DNA of 64,000 nt. It comes from an uncultured Dehalococcoidales bacterium. Its GTDB lineage: Bacteria; Chloroflexota; Dehalococcoidia; GIF9; UBA5629. Each line of letters opens with the position of its first letter. The first letter of the stretch is position 1. The position numbers and the translations under genes are program-made. Where the stretch lies: the NCBI GenBank assembly GCA_964519615.1, contig CAZFIM010000001.1, forward strand, positions 112,254 through 176,253, written 5' to 3'. This document shows positions 48,384 through 57,937 of the stretch, piece by piece. Below the pieces are notes generated by a model. It was given only the letters and a program-made list of their open reading frames with translations. It did not search any database and was not told where the DNA came from.

Positions 48384-48532
48384 TGACCGAATAGAGAAAC
48401 AGCGGCGCTGTCCCGCGCAAGTAAAAAACCGGATACCGTTTGTAATGAGGTACGCGGTAAAAGACCATACTATCAGAAAAATGGAAAGAGAGAATACGTC
48501 CAGGCTGCCGTTTACAGGCCTTCTGAAAAGTC

Positions 48533-49351
48533 TTAACCGCGCCCGATACTACTTTTTTGCTCTCCATGTGCCGGATGCCAGCGGAGCAGGGCGGAGCGCA
48601 TACCGTCCGGCCAGATGAACCCCCTGTCTGCAGCCGTCAGGTGCCGTTTGAGTGTGATGCGGACAAGTTCGTCATGCTCCGTGCATCCCTCCAGATGTAA
48701 ATGACGTTTGGCTCGGGCGAATGCGTCATCGAATGTATGGTTGACCCAGGGGTGGAGTTGCTCTTCCACAATCATATCTGCATAAATGCCCATTGCGTAG
48801 AGAGCATTATAGGCAATGATCGCGTTCGGGCTGTCATGAACCCGTCCGTAGATAGTGAGGGACAGCCTGCCGATAATACCGTCTGACGGAGGCAGCCGCA
48901 GGGCCAGGCAGCATGTCTTGCGGGCGTGGCGTCCCATCTTCTCTATGAATTCGCGCAGATCGGGGCTGGCGTACATGGCATGGGCGCAGACGATGATATC
49001 GTGCTGCTGCGGGTAAGCCTCTTCCCATGATTCCGGCACTATCGTGATATTATCAAGTCCTGCCGCAGCGATGGCGCGGGCAAGCATTGCCCGCATCTCA
49101 GCCGAAGGCTCCAGTGCGGTTACGGCTGCGGCCTTGCAGGCGCATGGTATACTCCAGCGCCCGTTTCCCGCGCCGATATCAAGCACCGTATCGGATCTTT
49201 CTATGGCGCCGGTGACCAGGTCGAGCAGCGGGTCCGTCCGTTCCTGTCCGGCGGCGCTGTGCGCTTTGTAGCGCTGTATGGGCTTGCTGTCCGGCCAGTG
49301 GCCGGATACCTCGGTCAGTTCCCGCCACAACGCAAACCAGTCCGTCTCCAT
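48533..49351 (-). CDS. Class I SAM-dependent methyltransferase
   Basis: 272 aa; motif I VLDIGAGNGRW. Confidence 0.7.
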   Translation of the reverse strand: METDWFALWRELTEVSGHWPDSKPIQRYKAHSAAGQERTDPLLDLVTGAIERSDTVLDIGAGNGRWSIPCACKAAAVTALEPSAEMRAMLARAIAAAGLDNITIVPESWEEAYPQQHDIIVCAHAMYASPDLREFIEKMGRHARKTCCLALRLPPSDGIIGRLSLTIYGRVHDSPNAIIAYNALYAMGIYADMIVEEQLHPWVNHTFDDAFARAKRHLHLEGCTEHDELVRITLKRHLTAADRGFIWPDGMRSALLRWHPAHGEQKSSIGRG

Positions 49352-49532
49352 CTATCAGCAGTCCTTCCTGTACCAGTACAGGAACATAATAGCTTTTCCG
49401 GCAAGGCTGCAGCAAATCAGCGCTTGAATATGTGTGCGGCTTTAAAGTTGTGATGTATAGGTGGAACTCGCAGCCCTGATTTGCTCATTATCAGGGTAAC
49501 CCCGGATCAGGGGTAGCGGTCATTTTTTCAGA

Positions 49533-50792
49533 TTAATGCATCTCTATTTTCCCCAGCTTGCGGAATGCGATCAGCGGCAGCAGCGCGACAATGAAGCAGA
49601 CACCGCCTAACAGGCTTAGGGAGGCCGGGGCACCAATATATTCCGCAATAGCGCCGAATATTATCGCACCCGCAGGGCCCAGCCCGAAAGTGACCTCGCG
49701 CAGGCTCATTACCCTGCCGCGCACCCCATCCGGTATAGCCCCCTGTATTAAGGCCGTGTTTATGCTTACAAACCCCATTTGCATAGCCCCGAACAGCACC
49801 ACCAGAATCAGTGAAACCGCTGTTTGCCTGGAGAAAGCAAAGGCAAGCAGCGATAGACCCATCACTATGCCGGCACCTGTAAACAGCGCGGTCTTTTGCC
49901 GGAAATGGGTTAGCAGGGACAGCGTCACCAGTGCGATCAGCGCGCCCAGCCCGGGAGCGGCCTGGAAAAATCCGTAGCCCGTGGCGCTGATGTGCAGTAT
50001 ATCCGTGGCAAAGACGGGCACGAAGCTGGTATAGGTGTTGTCAGCAAGCCATGGCAGCAGATAGAGCATAATTAAGCCTAAAATGATGGCATTGCTTTTC
50101 AGATATTGAAACCCTCCGACCATGCTTTGCCAGGGTGCCTGACGGGAGGTATCCGATGGGGTAGCTGGAATTTTTGCCATTAGCAGCAGGACGATTGCCA
50201 GGATAAGCCCGGCAATCCTGAGAACAAAGATGGGCCACACTCCTATTACCGTCATGAGCGAGCCTACCAGAGACATCCCCACCATGCGGGATGCCAGCAC
50301 GGATATGAGGTCCAGTGAAACGGCATTGAGGAGGTGTTTTCTCTCTACCAGATTCGGGACGATCGCCTGGCGCGCAGGGTGATTAAAACTGGTGGCGGCC
50401 CCGATGAGCAAACTGATAACGATCAGGTGCCATACGGCTATGTGCCCTGTCCCCGTCAGCACGGAAAGGGCTGCCGAAAGAAGTCCCGTCCCTATAAGCG
50501 ATATGATGAGCAGTGTCCGCCTGTTCATGCGGTCGGCAACCACGCCGCCGATGATAGGCAGGAATATCATGCTTATAAAGCGGCAGGCGCCAACGATGGT
50601 CAGCATTAAAGGCGAGTGGGTGAGCTGGTTGACCAGCCACAGGATTGCCCCTACCTCCATGAATTCGCCCAGATGCTCGGAGAAAGAACCAAACCACACC
50701 AGACGAAAATCACGGAATGATAGAGAAGCAAGCATAATTGAGCGAAAGGATTCTTTCCTCTCGGGGCTTCGCGGCTGTTTTTCTCTGCTCAT
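49533..50792 (-). CDS. MFS transporter
   Basis: 419 aa; 12 TM; MFS motif A-like GGVVADRMNRR. Confidence 0.75.
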   Translation of the reverse strand: MSREKQPRSPERKESFRSIMLASLSFRDFRLVWFGSFSEHLGEFMEVGAILWLVNQLTHSPLMLTIVGACRFISMIFLPIIGGVVADRMNRRTLLIISLIGTGLLSAALSVLTGTGHIAVWHLIVISLLIGAATSFNHPARQAIVPNLVERKHLLNAVSLDLISVLASRMVGMSLVGSLMTVIGVWPIFVLRIAGLILAIVLLLMAKIPATPSDTSRQAPWQSMVGGFQYLKSNAIILGLIMLYLLPWLADNTYTSFVPVFATDILHISATGYGFFQAAPGLGALIALVTLSLLTHFRQKTALFTGAGIVMGLSLLAFAFSRQTAVSLILVVLFGAMQMGFVSINTALIQGAIPDGVRGRVMSLREVTFGLGPAGAIIFGAIAEYIGAPASLSLLGGVCFIVALLPLIAFRKLGKIEMH

Positions 50793-51006
50793 GATTATAA
50801 TCTATACCATAATATAGACGTTGTATACGCCCGCCACGCTTGACTTTGCGACTGCTTCTAGGGCGTGTATTCTCAGTATCAGTAATAAAAAAGTAATAAC
50901 GATAATTACTGGAAGCAACCTGTAATGTCTGCTAGCATATCATATATTCTCATAATTTACATCTGTGCCGCGTCTGCCTTCATCCTGCCGGCAAAGAAAG
51001 CAGCAT

Positions 51007-52044
51007 TTACTTTTTAAAAAACGGTTTTATCAGGGCGGCCACCTCCTCTGGAGGGCGGGTGATAAAGCCGCTTCCCAACAGGTTGGGCCCATACCAGACA
51101 TCGTTTATGGGAAATTGCTGTATACCGGCGCGCGCCACAATTTTCATGCCTGCTCTGAAATAAGGCAGGTCCTGTCCCATAGGGCCGGAATATACGGCAA
51201 AATTAAAGCAGGTGAGTTTCTCGTCGTGATATGCTTTAAGCACGCGCGTCAGTCCCTCTGCCAATCCTTCCCAGATGGAGCTATCGAATTCCAATATATG
51301 GCGGCAGCCGCTCACTATGGCATCGATCTCGTAGTGACGGATGGGTGCAAAGGGAACGAGCCATTCGGTTGCGCCGATGCTGCCTATATAGCGTTCGTCA
51401 AGCCTTTTTTCCTTTTTCACCAGATCGTCCCAGTAGTTGCTGCCGTAGCGCTGAAAGTAAGCCCTTCCCTTTTCCATGTAGGTGGTCATAAGCTGATAAG
51501 GCGCGTTTGACGCTATCACCTGTATATGAGGATGCATAACGCTGGAGCCGCTGGGATGTAGATAGTTGCAACCCACCTCGGCATAGCGGGCGCCGTATAC
51601 TTCAAATACGCGCGCCAGATAGTTGCCTGCCAGCGTAAAGGCATCTGTAAATAGCGACGGAGTGAACTCATCGAGCCTGAGATAATGTGAATGTGAGAGA
51701 GTCGCCACGGCGGCATAAGCCTTTTGCGCAAAAAGGTTGGGGAAGAGCGTTGCCTGTCCTCGAGCAAGCCTTCCCTGCGGCACCAGTTCCGCCGGGAAGG
51801 TGGGTGTGGACGTTTCAACCTTCTGCGGGCAGAAAAAGCAGGTCTCCTGAGTTTGCTGAGCTATCTGTTCTATCAACTTATGCTCACTGTGGAAATAAGC
51901 GCCCCTGCCCCGCCGTGGATGGATGAAAGTCACCGTACCGGTGAGAGGGTCATGGCGGTATTCTATGGGCTGCATATCCAGTTCATAGTTCTGAGAAGGG
52001 TTATGCAGCGCGGCTGTCTCGGTGTATCTTTTGAAGCGTATCAC
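51007..52044 (-). CDS. GalT-like (HIT superfamily) hexose-1-phosphate nucleotidyltransferase family protein
   Basis: 345 aa; N-terminal CFFCP zinc knuckle, HPHIQV (HxHxQ) active-site motif. Confidence 0.5.
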   Translation of the reverse strand: MIRFKRYTETAALHNPSQNYELDMQPIEYRHDPLTGTVTFIHPRRGRGAYFHSEHKLIEQIAQQTQETCFFCPQKVETSTPTFPAELVPQGRLARGQATLFPNLFAQKAYAAVATLSHSHYLRLDEFTPSLFTDAFTLAGNYLARVFEVYGARYAEVGCNYLHPSGSSVMHPHIQVIASNAPYQLMTTYMEKGRAYFQRYGSNYWDDLVKKEKRLDERYIGSIGATEWLVPFAPIRHYEIDAIVSGCRHILEFDSSIWEGLAEGLTRVLKAYHDEKLTCFNFAVYSGPMGQDLPYFRAGMKIVARAGIQQFPINDVWYGPNLLGSGFITRPPEEVAALIKPFFKK

Positions 52045-52260
52045 GGGTATCTTCTCCGGGATAATTATTTCCGGTCGATTGTATCATGGAATAATCCATA
52101 AACTCCAATATAAACACAGCAGCTGATGTGGGGAGGCATGGACTTTATCAGGAAGAACGTGGAATAATAGTACACGGAAGTGAAGCTCGTCTGAAACGGG
52201 CGATAAGACAGATGCACCCGTCCACCTGCTGCGGAAGTCAACGAAAGCAAGGAATATGAA

Positions 52261-52509
52261 ATGGCAGTGTATGAAAAATATACGGTATCGGGAAAGGACC
52301 TTCTGGACAAACTGAAGGAGCTCATAAGGCAGGGGAACATACGGCGGGTGCGCCTGATTCATGAGGGCAGGCCGCTTATCGATATTCCTCTTTCGATAGG
52401 TGCTCCGGCTGTAGCGATAACCGTTCTGGCGGTTCCGGTACTGGCTGCCATAGGAGCTGTGGCCGCGCTGGTTGCGGAGTGTACGATCGAGGTTGAAAAG
52501 GTAGAGTAG
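52261..52509 (+). CDS. DUF4342-like small protein
   Basis: 82 aa; MAVYEKYTVSGKDLLDKLKELIRQGNIRRVRL... matches the DUF4342 pattern; C-terminal hydrophobic segment. Confidence 0.4.
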   Translation: MAVYEKYTVSGKDLLDKLKELIRQGNIRRVRLIHEGRPLIDIPLSIGAPAVAITVLAVPVLAAIGAVAALVAECTIEVEKVE

Positions 52510-52565
52510 AGCAAAGGCAGTAAACCGGTTTATTATTTCGACTTTGCAAGGTACTGCTTGAACGT

Positions 52566-53258
52566 CTATACAAGCATATAGCCGAAGCTCTTTTTACTGA
52601 TTATCCGTGAGGGACTGGAGGGGTTGGGCTCTACTTTCTCCCTGAGGCGGTGGATTAGCTGATCGATTGTTGCGTCAGAAACCGCACCGGAGTCCTGAGC
52701 CTCTGGCCATACCTCCGGGATTATTTCATCCCTTGAGCAAATGGTACCCGTCCGGCGGCATAGGAACCAGAGAAGGCTGTACTCCTTACGCGAGAGGGTA
52801 ATCAGGCAGTCGTCCACCCTCACTTCCTTGCGTTCGTCATCTATTTGCAGCCACACAGGCCTCTGAACGCTTTCTGCTTTTTGCGCCTGCGGTATGGTAT
52901 CTATAGAGCTAAAGCGCAGGGCTGCGCGGGGAATACCCTGAATAATGGCCAGCTCGATCAGTGAGTTATCCTCAAGCCTGTATGACCTTCCTTTTTCCAG
53001 CGTTTGCCCGTTCAGCCTGCTGCCGTTGGTGCTGCCGGGATCAGTGATGTAGTAAAAGCCGCCCTCAAATTTGATCTCCGCGTGAGTGCGTGAAATATTG
53101 GGATCGTTTATTTTAATATCCGGATTGCTGGTAGAGGCGGAGCGGCCTATGACAGTATTCCCGGAGGAAAGAGCAAATACTTTCACGGTCTCCTCGCTCT
53201 GTCCTCTTTCAAGAATGAGAAAGGCGGTACCTTTTTGTTTATCTGAACTGTTGTCCAT
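52566..53258 (-). CDS. One-component regulator: N-terminal FHA domain fused to a C-terminal OmpR/PhoB-type winged-helix DNA-binding domain
   Basis: 230 aa; FHA core (VIGRS...ISRTHAEI...TNGSRLNG), C-terminal trans_reg_C-like LSRKEYSLLWFL...IDQLIHRLREKV...FGYMLV. Confidence 0.65.
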   Translation of the reverse strand: MDNSSDKQKGTAFLILERGQSEETVKVFALSSGNTVIGRSASTSNPDIKINDPNISRTHAEIKFEGGFYYITDPGSTNGSRLNGQTLEKGRSYRLEDNSLIELAIIQGIPRAALRFSSIDTIPQAQKAESVQRPVWLQIDDERKEVRVDDCLITLSRKEYSLLWFLCRRTGTICSRDEIIPEVWPEAQDSGAVSDATIDQLIHRLREKVEPNPSSPSRIISKKSFGYMLV

Positions 53259-53458
53259 ATCCAGGCTGTTTCAGGGTGCTAATAATGCAGTAGCGCATCC
53301 GGCCTCTATTATCAGGCAATTATTGAGGCGGCCAACAGGAGCCGCCGTTTCCGCTCTCCATACACGACACAATATAATCGTTACGGCGGGCTCTCGATCA
53401 GTTTTACTGTAAATTCGTTTACGGCATCCTGTTAAAAGGCTGCGCTGAGGGGCTGAGT

Positions 53459-54355
53459 TTACGTTTTCAATGCGCCCTCTGACCGCACAATGAGCAAAGG
53501 CGAGCTGCCCTCGGTAAGTATCGTCTGTTGTATGTTATCGTGCATCCATCGTCCGATACCTGTATGCCCATAGGTAGTCATGGCGACCAGGTCAATATTG
53601 AATTCATCCGAGACCCTGATGATCTCTCTGGCCTCATCACCTGCCAGTATGGTTCGGAATTCAGTGGTCACATTGATTCCTTTCTGCTTGACCCGGTCTG
53701 CTACATCGGCCAGATAGCCCCTGGCTGCTTTCTCCGCTTGCTGCTGCTGCTCGAGCGATTCTATGCTGATCAGATTGGGGTTTGTCTCCAGCATATGGAA
53801 GATAATCATATCCGCCTTAAGGCTGCTGCACAGTTCCTCTATATAAGGAAGGATTGCCTCGCTTTCCTTTGTACCGTCGAGAGGAACAAGCGCACGGCGC
53901 AGGATACCCTTCTCCCTGATATCCGGTCTGGCGCCTTTTGCCCTTATCAAACAAACAGGCTTAACTGAAGCTGTACCGATTTTATAGGCCACACTACCCA
54001 ATGCCCAGCGGCTCAGTCCCGTGCGCCCGTGAGTCGCTACCATAATCTGGGTTACGTTTTCCTCTTCTGCGTACTTCAAGATCTCTTCTGCCGGATCGCC
54101 TTCCACGATTACCGTTTTCACGGCGATCTCCCGCTCTTTCGGTTCGGAGAGATACTTTGCTGCATTGTTTTTTATATCGTTGGCTAACGATTCAAGGTAA
54201 CACTGCGTCATGCGTCTGGATTGCTCTTTACCCGGTTCCAGAACGGTCAGAAGCACAACACTTGACCCCCATCTGCCGGCCATCTCCTCAGCATATGGTA
54301 GCGCTACCTCCGCCATCTCTGAGCCATCCATTGGAAGAAGCAAGCAACTGTACAT
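53459..54355 (-). CDS. Tandem universal stress protein (2x UspA domain)
   Basis: 298 aa; two Usp domains with ATP-binding G-x2-G-x9-G(S/T) motifs (ATHGRTGLSRWALGSV; TTYGHTGIGRWMHDNI). Confidence 0.8.
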   Translation of the reverse strand: MYSCLLLPMDGSEMAEVALPYAEEMAGRWGSSVVLLTVLEPGKEQSRRMTQCYLESLANDIKNNAAKYLSEPKEREIAVKTVIVEGDPAEEILKYAEEENVTQIMVATHGRTGLSRWALGSVAYKIGTASVKPVCLIRAKGARPDIREKGILRRALVPLDGTKESEAILPYIEELCSSLKADMIIFHMLETNPNLISIESLEQQQQAEKAARGYLADVADRVKQKGINVTTEFRTILAGDEAREIIRVSDEFNIDLVAMTTYGHTGIGRWMHDNIQQTILTEGSSPLLIVRSEGALKT

Positions 54356-54542
54356 AGTTGTCCCCCATAAATTATTTTTGTCTTTAGAGATTAATAATAG
54401 TTGCCGTATCTGGTAAAGTCAATAGTAAGGGCTGGATTTATCGCATATAAGCCTGTATAGTGTGCATGTCTTCAGATGTTTCCAGGTAGTAAGGCAGTGT
54501 GTAGTATTTTTCCCCCGGAAGTAATCAAGTCTGCAGTGAATC

Positions 54543-55856
54543 ATGAGCGGTAAAGACGATCAGGATAACACGGTATGCGGTGATAATTTCCGCTCTTGCC
54601 GGCGCAGTATACGGGTGTACCATCCCCGATTCGGCGATCTGACTGATGTTAAATCCGTAACCATGCGCACAGGCTCATCCGCATTTGCGCCGTACATTGA
54701 AGAACCCTTCACTCTCTTTCATTTGACCGTAACCGGCCGCTGCTATGCGCGCTGTCTTGGCTGTATCAACAGCGAGCTTACCTTTTCGGATAAAGACAGG
54801 CCAAGCTTCATCGAGGAGATGGAGGCTGTGCCTGAACGGGATGCCGCGCTCATCGCCCGCCTTGCCGTAGCGGTACCCCACGGGAAGATCACGCTTGCAT
54901 TCTACGGGGGAGAGCCTTTTTTGGCTGCGGCGAGCATGGCGCGGATACGACGGCTGCTGGACTCCTCTGAGATGAAAGGCCGGCTGCGCTACATGGTCTA
55001 TACCAATGGCGAACTACTGGAACCTTCCATAAAGCTTTTTCCGGAGATGATGAAAGGGATGTGGCTTTACAGCGTTTCCATCGATGGAGACCAGCGGCAG
55101 CATGCCGCCGTACGGCCCGGTACCGATCTTGCCGTAATCAGAGATAATTTGCGGGCGTTGGCGCGGGTATATTCGGGACATAGAGTTTTCTGGTCGACCC
55201 TCAGAGAGCAGCAGTCGCTATTAAACTGTTTCGAAACGTTTATGGATATGTATACAGAGGGGCTGGTCAATCAATTCTTCTGGCATTGGGCTGATACTTC
55301 AGAGCCGTTTGCAGAAATACAGACATATGCTGATCTTTACGGCCGTGAGCTGCAGCAGGTTATGGACGCCTACATTCAATGGCTGGCCGAAGGCAAGCTG
55401 CTGCCGGTTATACATATAAATGAATTGGTTCTTTATCTGCTCAGCGGCAAAGAGCGGGGGGCAACCGCCTGCGGAGTGGAGCTGGCGCAAAACTATGATG
55501 TAGTGGCAGGGAGGGTATATGCCTGTGCAGACCTTCCTCCCGCGCTGGGCGAAGTGAAGTACAGTGGGGATGGTTTTACATCACCGGATTTAAGTTCACT
55601 GGCAAAATACAAAGCTGGGCTGGGGTGTCGGGAATGCGGGGTGCATGCATACTGCGGAGGGCGCTGTCCGGTGCAGGCGCTGAGCGGATCCCCGCAAAGG
55701 ACCGTCCAGATATGTGCCCTCATGCGCCTGCATGTAGGCATCGTGCAGGAACGTATCCCGCAGATAGCGGACCTGCTAAAGCGCCGACATATTACCCTGC
55801 AGGATATTTATGACCGCTCAGCAAAGCTCACCCGCTATACGGATGTAATACCATGA
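54543..55856 (+). CDS. Radical SAM enzyme with C-terminal SPASM domain (anSME-like maturase family)
   Basis: 437 aa; CX3CX2C (GRCYARCLGC), GGEPFL, C-terminal CRECGVHAYCGGRCP SPASM Cys cluster. The true start could be M41 (MRTGSS...). Confidence 0.75.
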   Translation: MSGKDDQDNTVCGDNFRSCRRSIRVYHPRFGDLTDVKSVTMRTGSSAFAPYIEEPFTLFHLTVTGRCYARCLGCINSELTFSDKDRPSFIEEMEAVPERDAALIARLAVAVPHGKITLAFYGGEPFLAAASMARIRRLLDSSEMKGRLRYMVYTNGELLEPSIKLFPEMMKGMWLYSVSIDGDQRQHAAVRPGTDLAVIRDNLRALARVYSGHRVFWSTLREQQSLLNCFETFMDMYTEGLVNQFFWHWADTSEPFAEIQTYADLYGRELQQVMDAYIQWLAEGKLLPVIHINELVLYLLSGKERGATACGVELAQNYDVVAGRVYACADLPPALGEVKYSGDGFTSPDLSSLAKYKAGLGCRECGVHAYCGGRCPVQALSGSPQRTVQICALMRLHVGIVQERIPQIADLLKRRHITLQDIYDRSAKLTRYTDVIP

Positions 55857-55865
55857 GCGTATATG

Positions 55866-57638
55866 TTATAGACTGCTTTTATTTCTTGTAAATGCTTTGC
55901 GGATCAGGCGCGGCACAATCGATATGACAATGAAGAATGCGATAAGGCACAAAATGATAATAACCGCGGTTTTTATGCTCATCACCGCTGTTTTAACCAG
56001 TGCCGGTTTGGTCCAGGCGCTTTCATTGCCGGCTCTATCCGTGGCCTTTACCCGCCAGTAATACGAGCCGGGAGGCAGCGATTCAGCCTCGCTCAGCGTA
56101 TACATGGACTCCTCCAGATTATCGATATCCACCAGCAGTTCAGCGAAGTTGGACTGCTCGCTCACCTGTATGGCATATCGGACGCCGCTGGGATCGGACA
56201 CATCGGTCCAGTCGAAGTGAACCTTGGTATCTCCGATATAGCCCTCTCTGCCCCCGTCTTTAGGAGAGGCAATGCGGGGAACCTCCGGAGGCGTGGTTTC
56301 AATGGAAAATGTTGCCGATGCCTCTACGTTTGCCGTATCGATGGCGCTGACAACGATATCTCCGCTGATATTAACAGGTGTCTCGAAACTGGTACTGAAT
56401 TTGCCGGTATTATCGCTGATAATACCCAGTGTGAGCGGCTCACCGCCGAAAGCAAGAGAGATGTCCGCTTTTTTGCTGAACCCGCTGCCGGTGACGGTGA
56501 CGACATCTCCGACATTGCCCACCCTGGGATTAAGAGTGAGTAGCGCTTCTATGGTGAAAGTGCTTTCCAGCACATCATCCGCTACTGTGGTATTGCCGTA
56601 GGCACTGACGGTATGATCGCCGTTGACGCTGTCCGGAGCGTTTATGGTGGTAGTCCAGTAACCCTGGTCGTTGGCGCTGAGATTACTCTCTATAACCTTG
56701 CCGTCGTAGGTGACCTTTATACCGCTCTCATTATTGGCAAAGCCGCTGCCGCTTATGACGATTTCATCGCTGATATAGCCGCCTTCCGGTTCAACGATGA
56801 CGCGGGGGGATACGGTGAATGTCTTGTCTTCCACCTCGCTGTCGGAGGTTGTATCTCCTTCCGCGTCGATGGTATGCATCCCCTTGATTGAGCTCGGTAC
56901 CGTAAAGGATGTGCTCCATGTGCCGTTTACATTGGCGATAAGCCCTGTCCTGACCTTGTCATCGTCGTAGTATAGGGAAATGCCTGTTTCCGCTGATTCA
57001 AAACCGGTGCCGGTGACGGTAACTACCGTCCCTACACCGCCGGTAGAGGGGTTGACCGTTATTTTGGGGCTGACTGTGAAGTTCTCATCAGCTACATCAT
57101 CGTCTTCAGTGGTGCTGCCGTAGGCATCTACCGTATGGGTCCCCGTAGCGGCATCCGGGACGGTGAACGTTGTTGTCCATGTCCCGCTGCTGTTGGCGGT
57201 AATGCCGCTTTTTACCGCTTTGCCGTTAAAGGTAACAGCGATCTTATTCTCAGCTGAGCCGAATCCGGTACCGGTGATATCCACTGCGGTTCCCACGGTG
57301 CCCGAACTAGTCTCAATATCTATTACGGGCACAATAATGAATGTGCCGCTGAATACCTGAGTGCTGTTGGTAAGCACTTTGACAGAATGAGAGCCACCGG
57401 AGGAGTCGTTGACAGCAAAGGTCACTGATCCGGAAGAGGAGACTGTCCCTGTCTTGTAATCGACGTCATCCCATCTGATCGTATATGTATTTCCAACCGT
57501 AAGGCCGGTAATGGTAATATCCGTACCTACCGCTCCCTGCGATGGAGACATGGCCACCGCTGCATGTACGGGTATCGTAATAATTGTACTTAAGAAAAGC
57601 ACTATACAGAGGGCCGAAGCAGCGATTTTTGCACGCAT
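55866..57638 (-). CDS. Membrane-anchored surface protein with about 6 tandem Ig/TIG-like repeats and a C-terminal FN3-like domain (paralog of 30735..32396)
   Basis: 590 aa; signal peptide, repeated VTVTGTGF...TFTVSP modules, GSYYWRVKATDRAGNESAW, C-terminal TM anchor. Confidence 0.5.
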   Translation of the reverse strand: MRAKIAASALCIVLFLSTIITIPVHAAVAMSPSQGAVGTDITITGLTVGNTYTIRWDDVDYKTGTVSSSGSVTFAVNDSSGGSHSVKVLTNSTQVFSGTFIIVPVIDIETSSGTVGTAVDITGTGFGSAENKIAVTFNGKAVKSGITANSSGTWTTTFTVPDAATGTHTVDAYGSTTEDDDVADENFTVSPKITVNPSTGGVGTVVTVTGTGFESAETGISLYYDDDKVRTGLIANVNGTWSTSFTVPSSIKGMHTIDAEGDTTSDSEVEDKTFTVSPRVIVEPEGGYISDEIVISGSGFANNESGIKVTYDGKVIESNLSANDQGYWTTTINAPDSVNGDHTVSAYGNTTVADDVLESTFTIEALLTLNPRVGNVGDVVTVTGSGFSKKADISLAFGGEPLTLGIISDNTGKFSTSFETPVNISGDIVVSAIDTANVEASATFSIETTPPEVPRIASPKDGGREGYIGDTKVHFDWTDVSDPSGVRYAIQVSEQSNFAELLVDIDNLEESMYTLSEAESLPPGSYYWRVKATDRAGNESAWTKPALVKTAVMSIKTAVIIILCLIAFFIVISIVPRLIRKAFTRNKSSL

Positions 57639-57937
57639 AATTGCTGTCTACCTCCTTTGAATTCGTTTTGTCTATTATAGTATAAAAACGCAGGTATATG
57701 CCGATATGTTTAAGAAAAATCTGGTTTTATCGTCTTTGGCCTCATCTCCCGCTGCAGGAGAAATGAATCAATGTTATAGAATATTGACCGATGGTGGCTC
57801 TACCGCACAGGTATGCATTTCCTATTGCTATCAAGGGCCTGATTAACATTTGCCAATATCTATTTCTTTGTGTGTTGTATATAATTTATGCTATCCCTCA
57901 CTACAAATAAGAAATATTTGGATGGAGTATGTAACCG

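Noticed and set aside
49368-49383. Perfect 7-bp inverted repeat CCTGTAC-ca-GTACAGG just upstream of the methyltransferase gene
   Set aside because: Possibly an operator, but it is a single short palindrome with no cognate regulator nearby; it could equally be chance.
49477-49530. Tandem hairpins (CCCTGAT-N9-ATCAGGG; CCCC-GGATCA-GGGG + T6) downstream of the MFS gene
   Set aside because: The T-run is on the plus strand, where no upstream plus-strand gene ends; terminator assignment is ambiguous.
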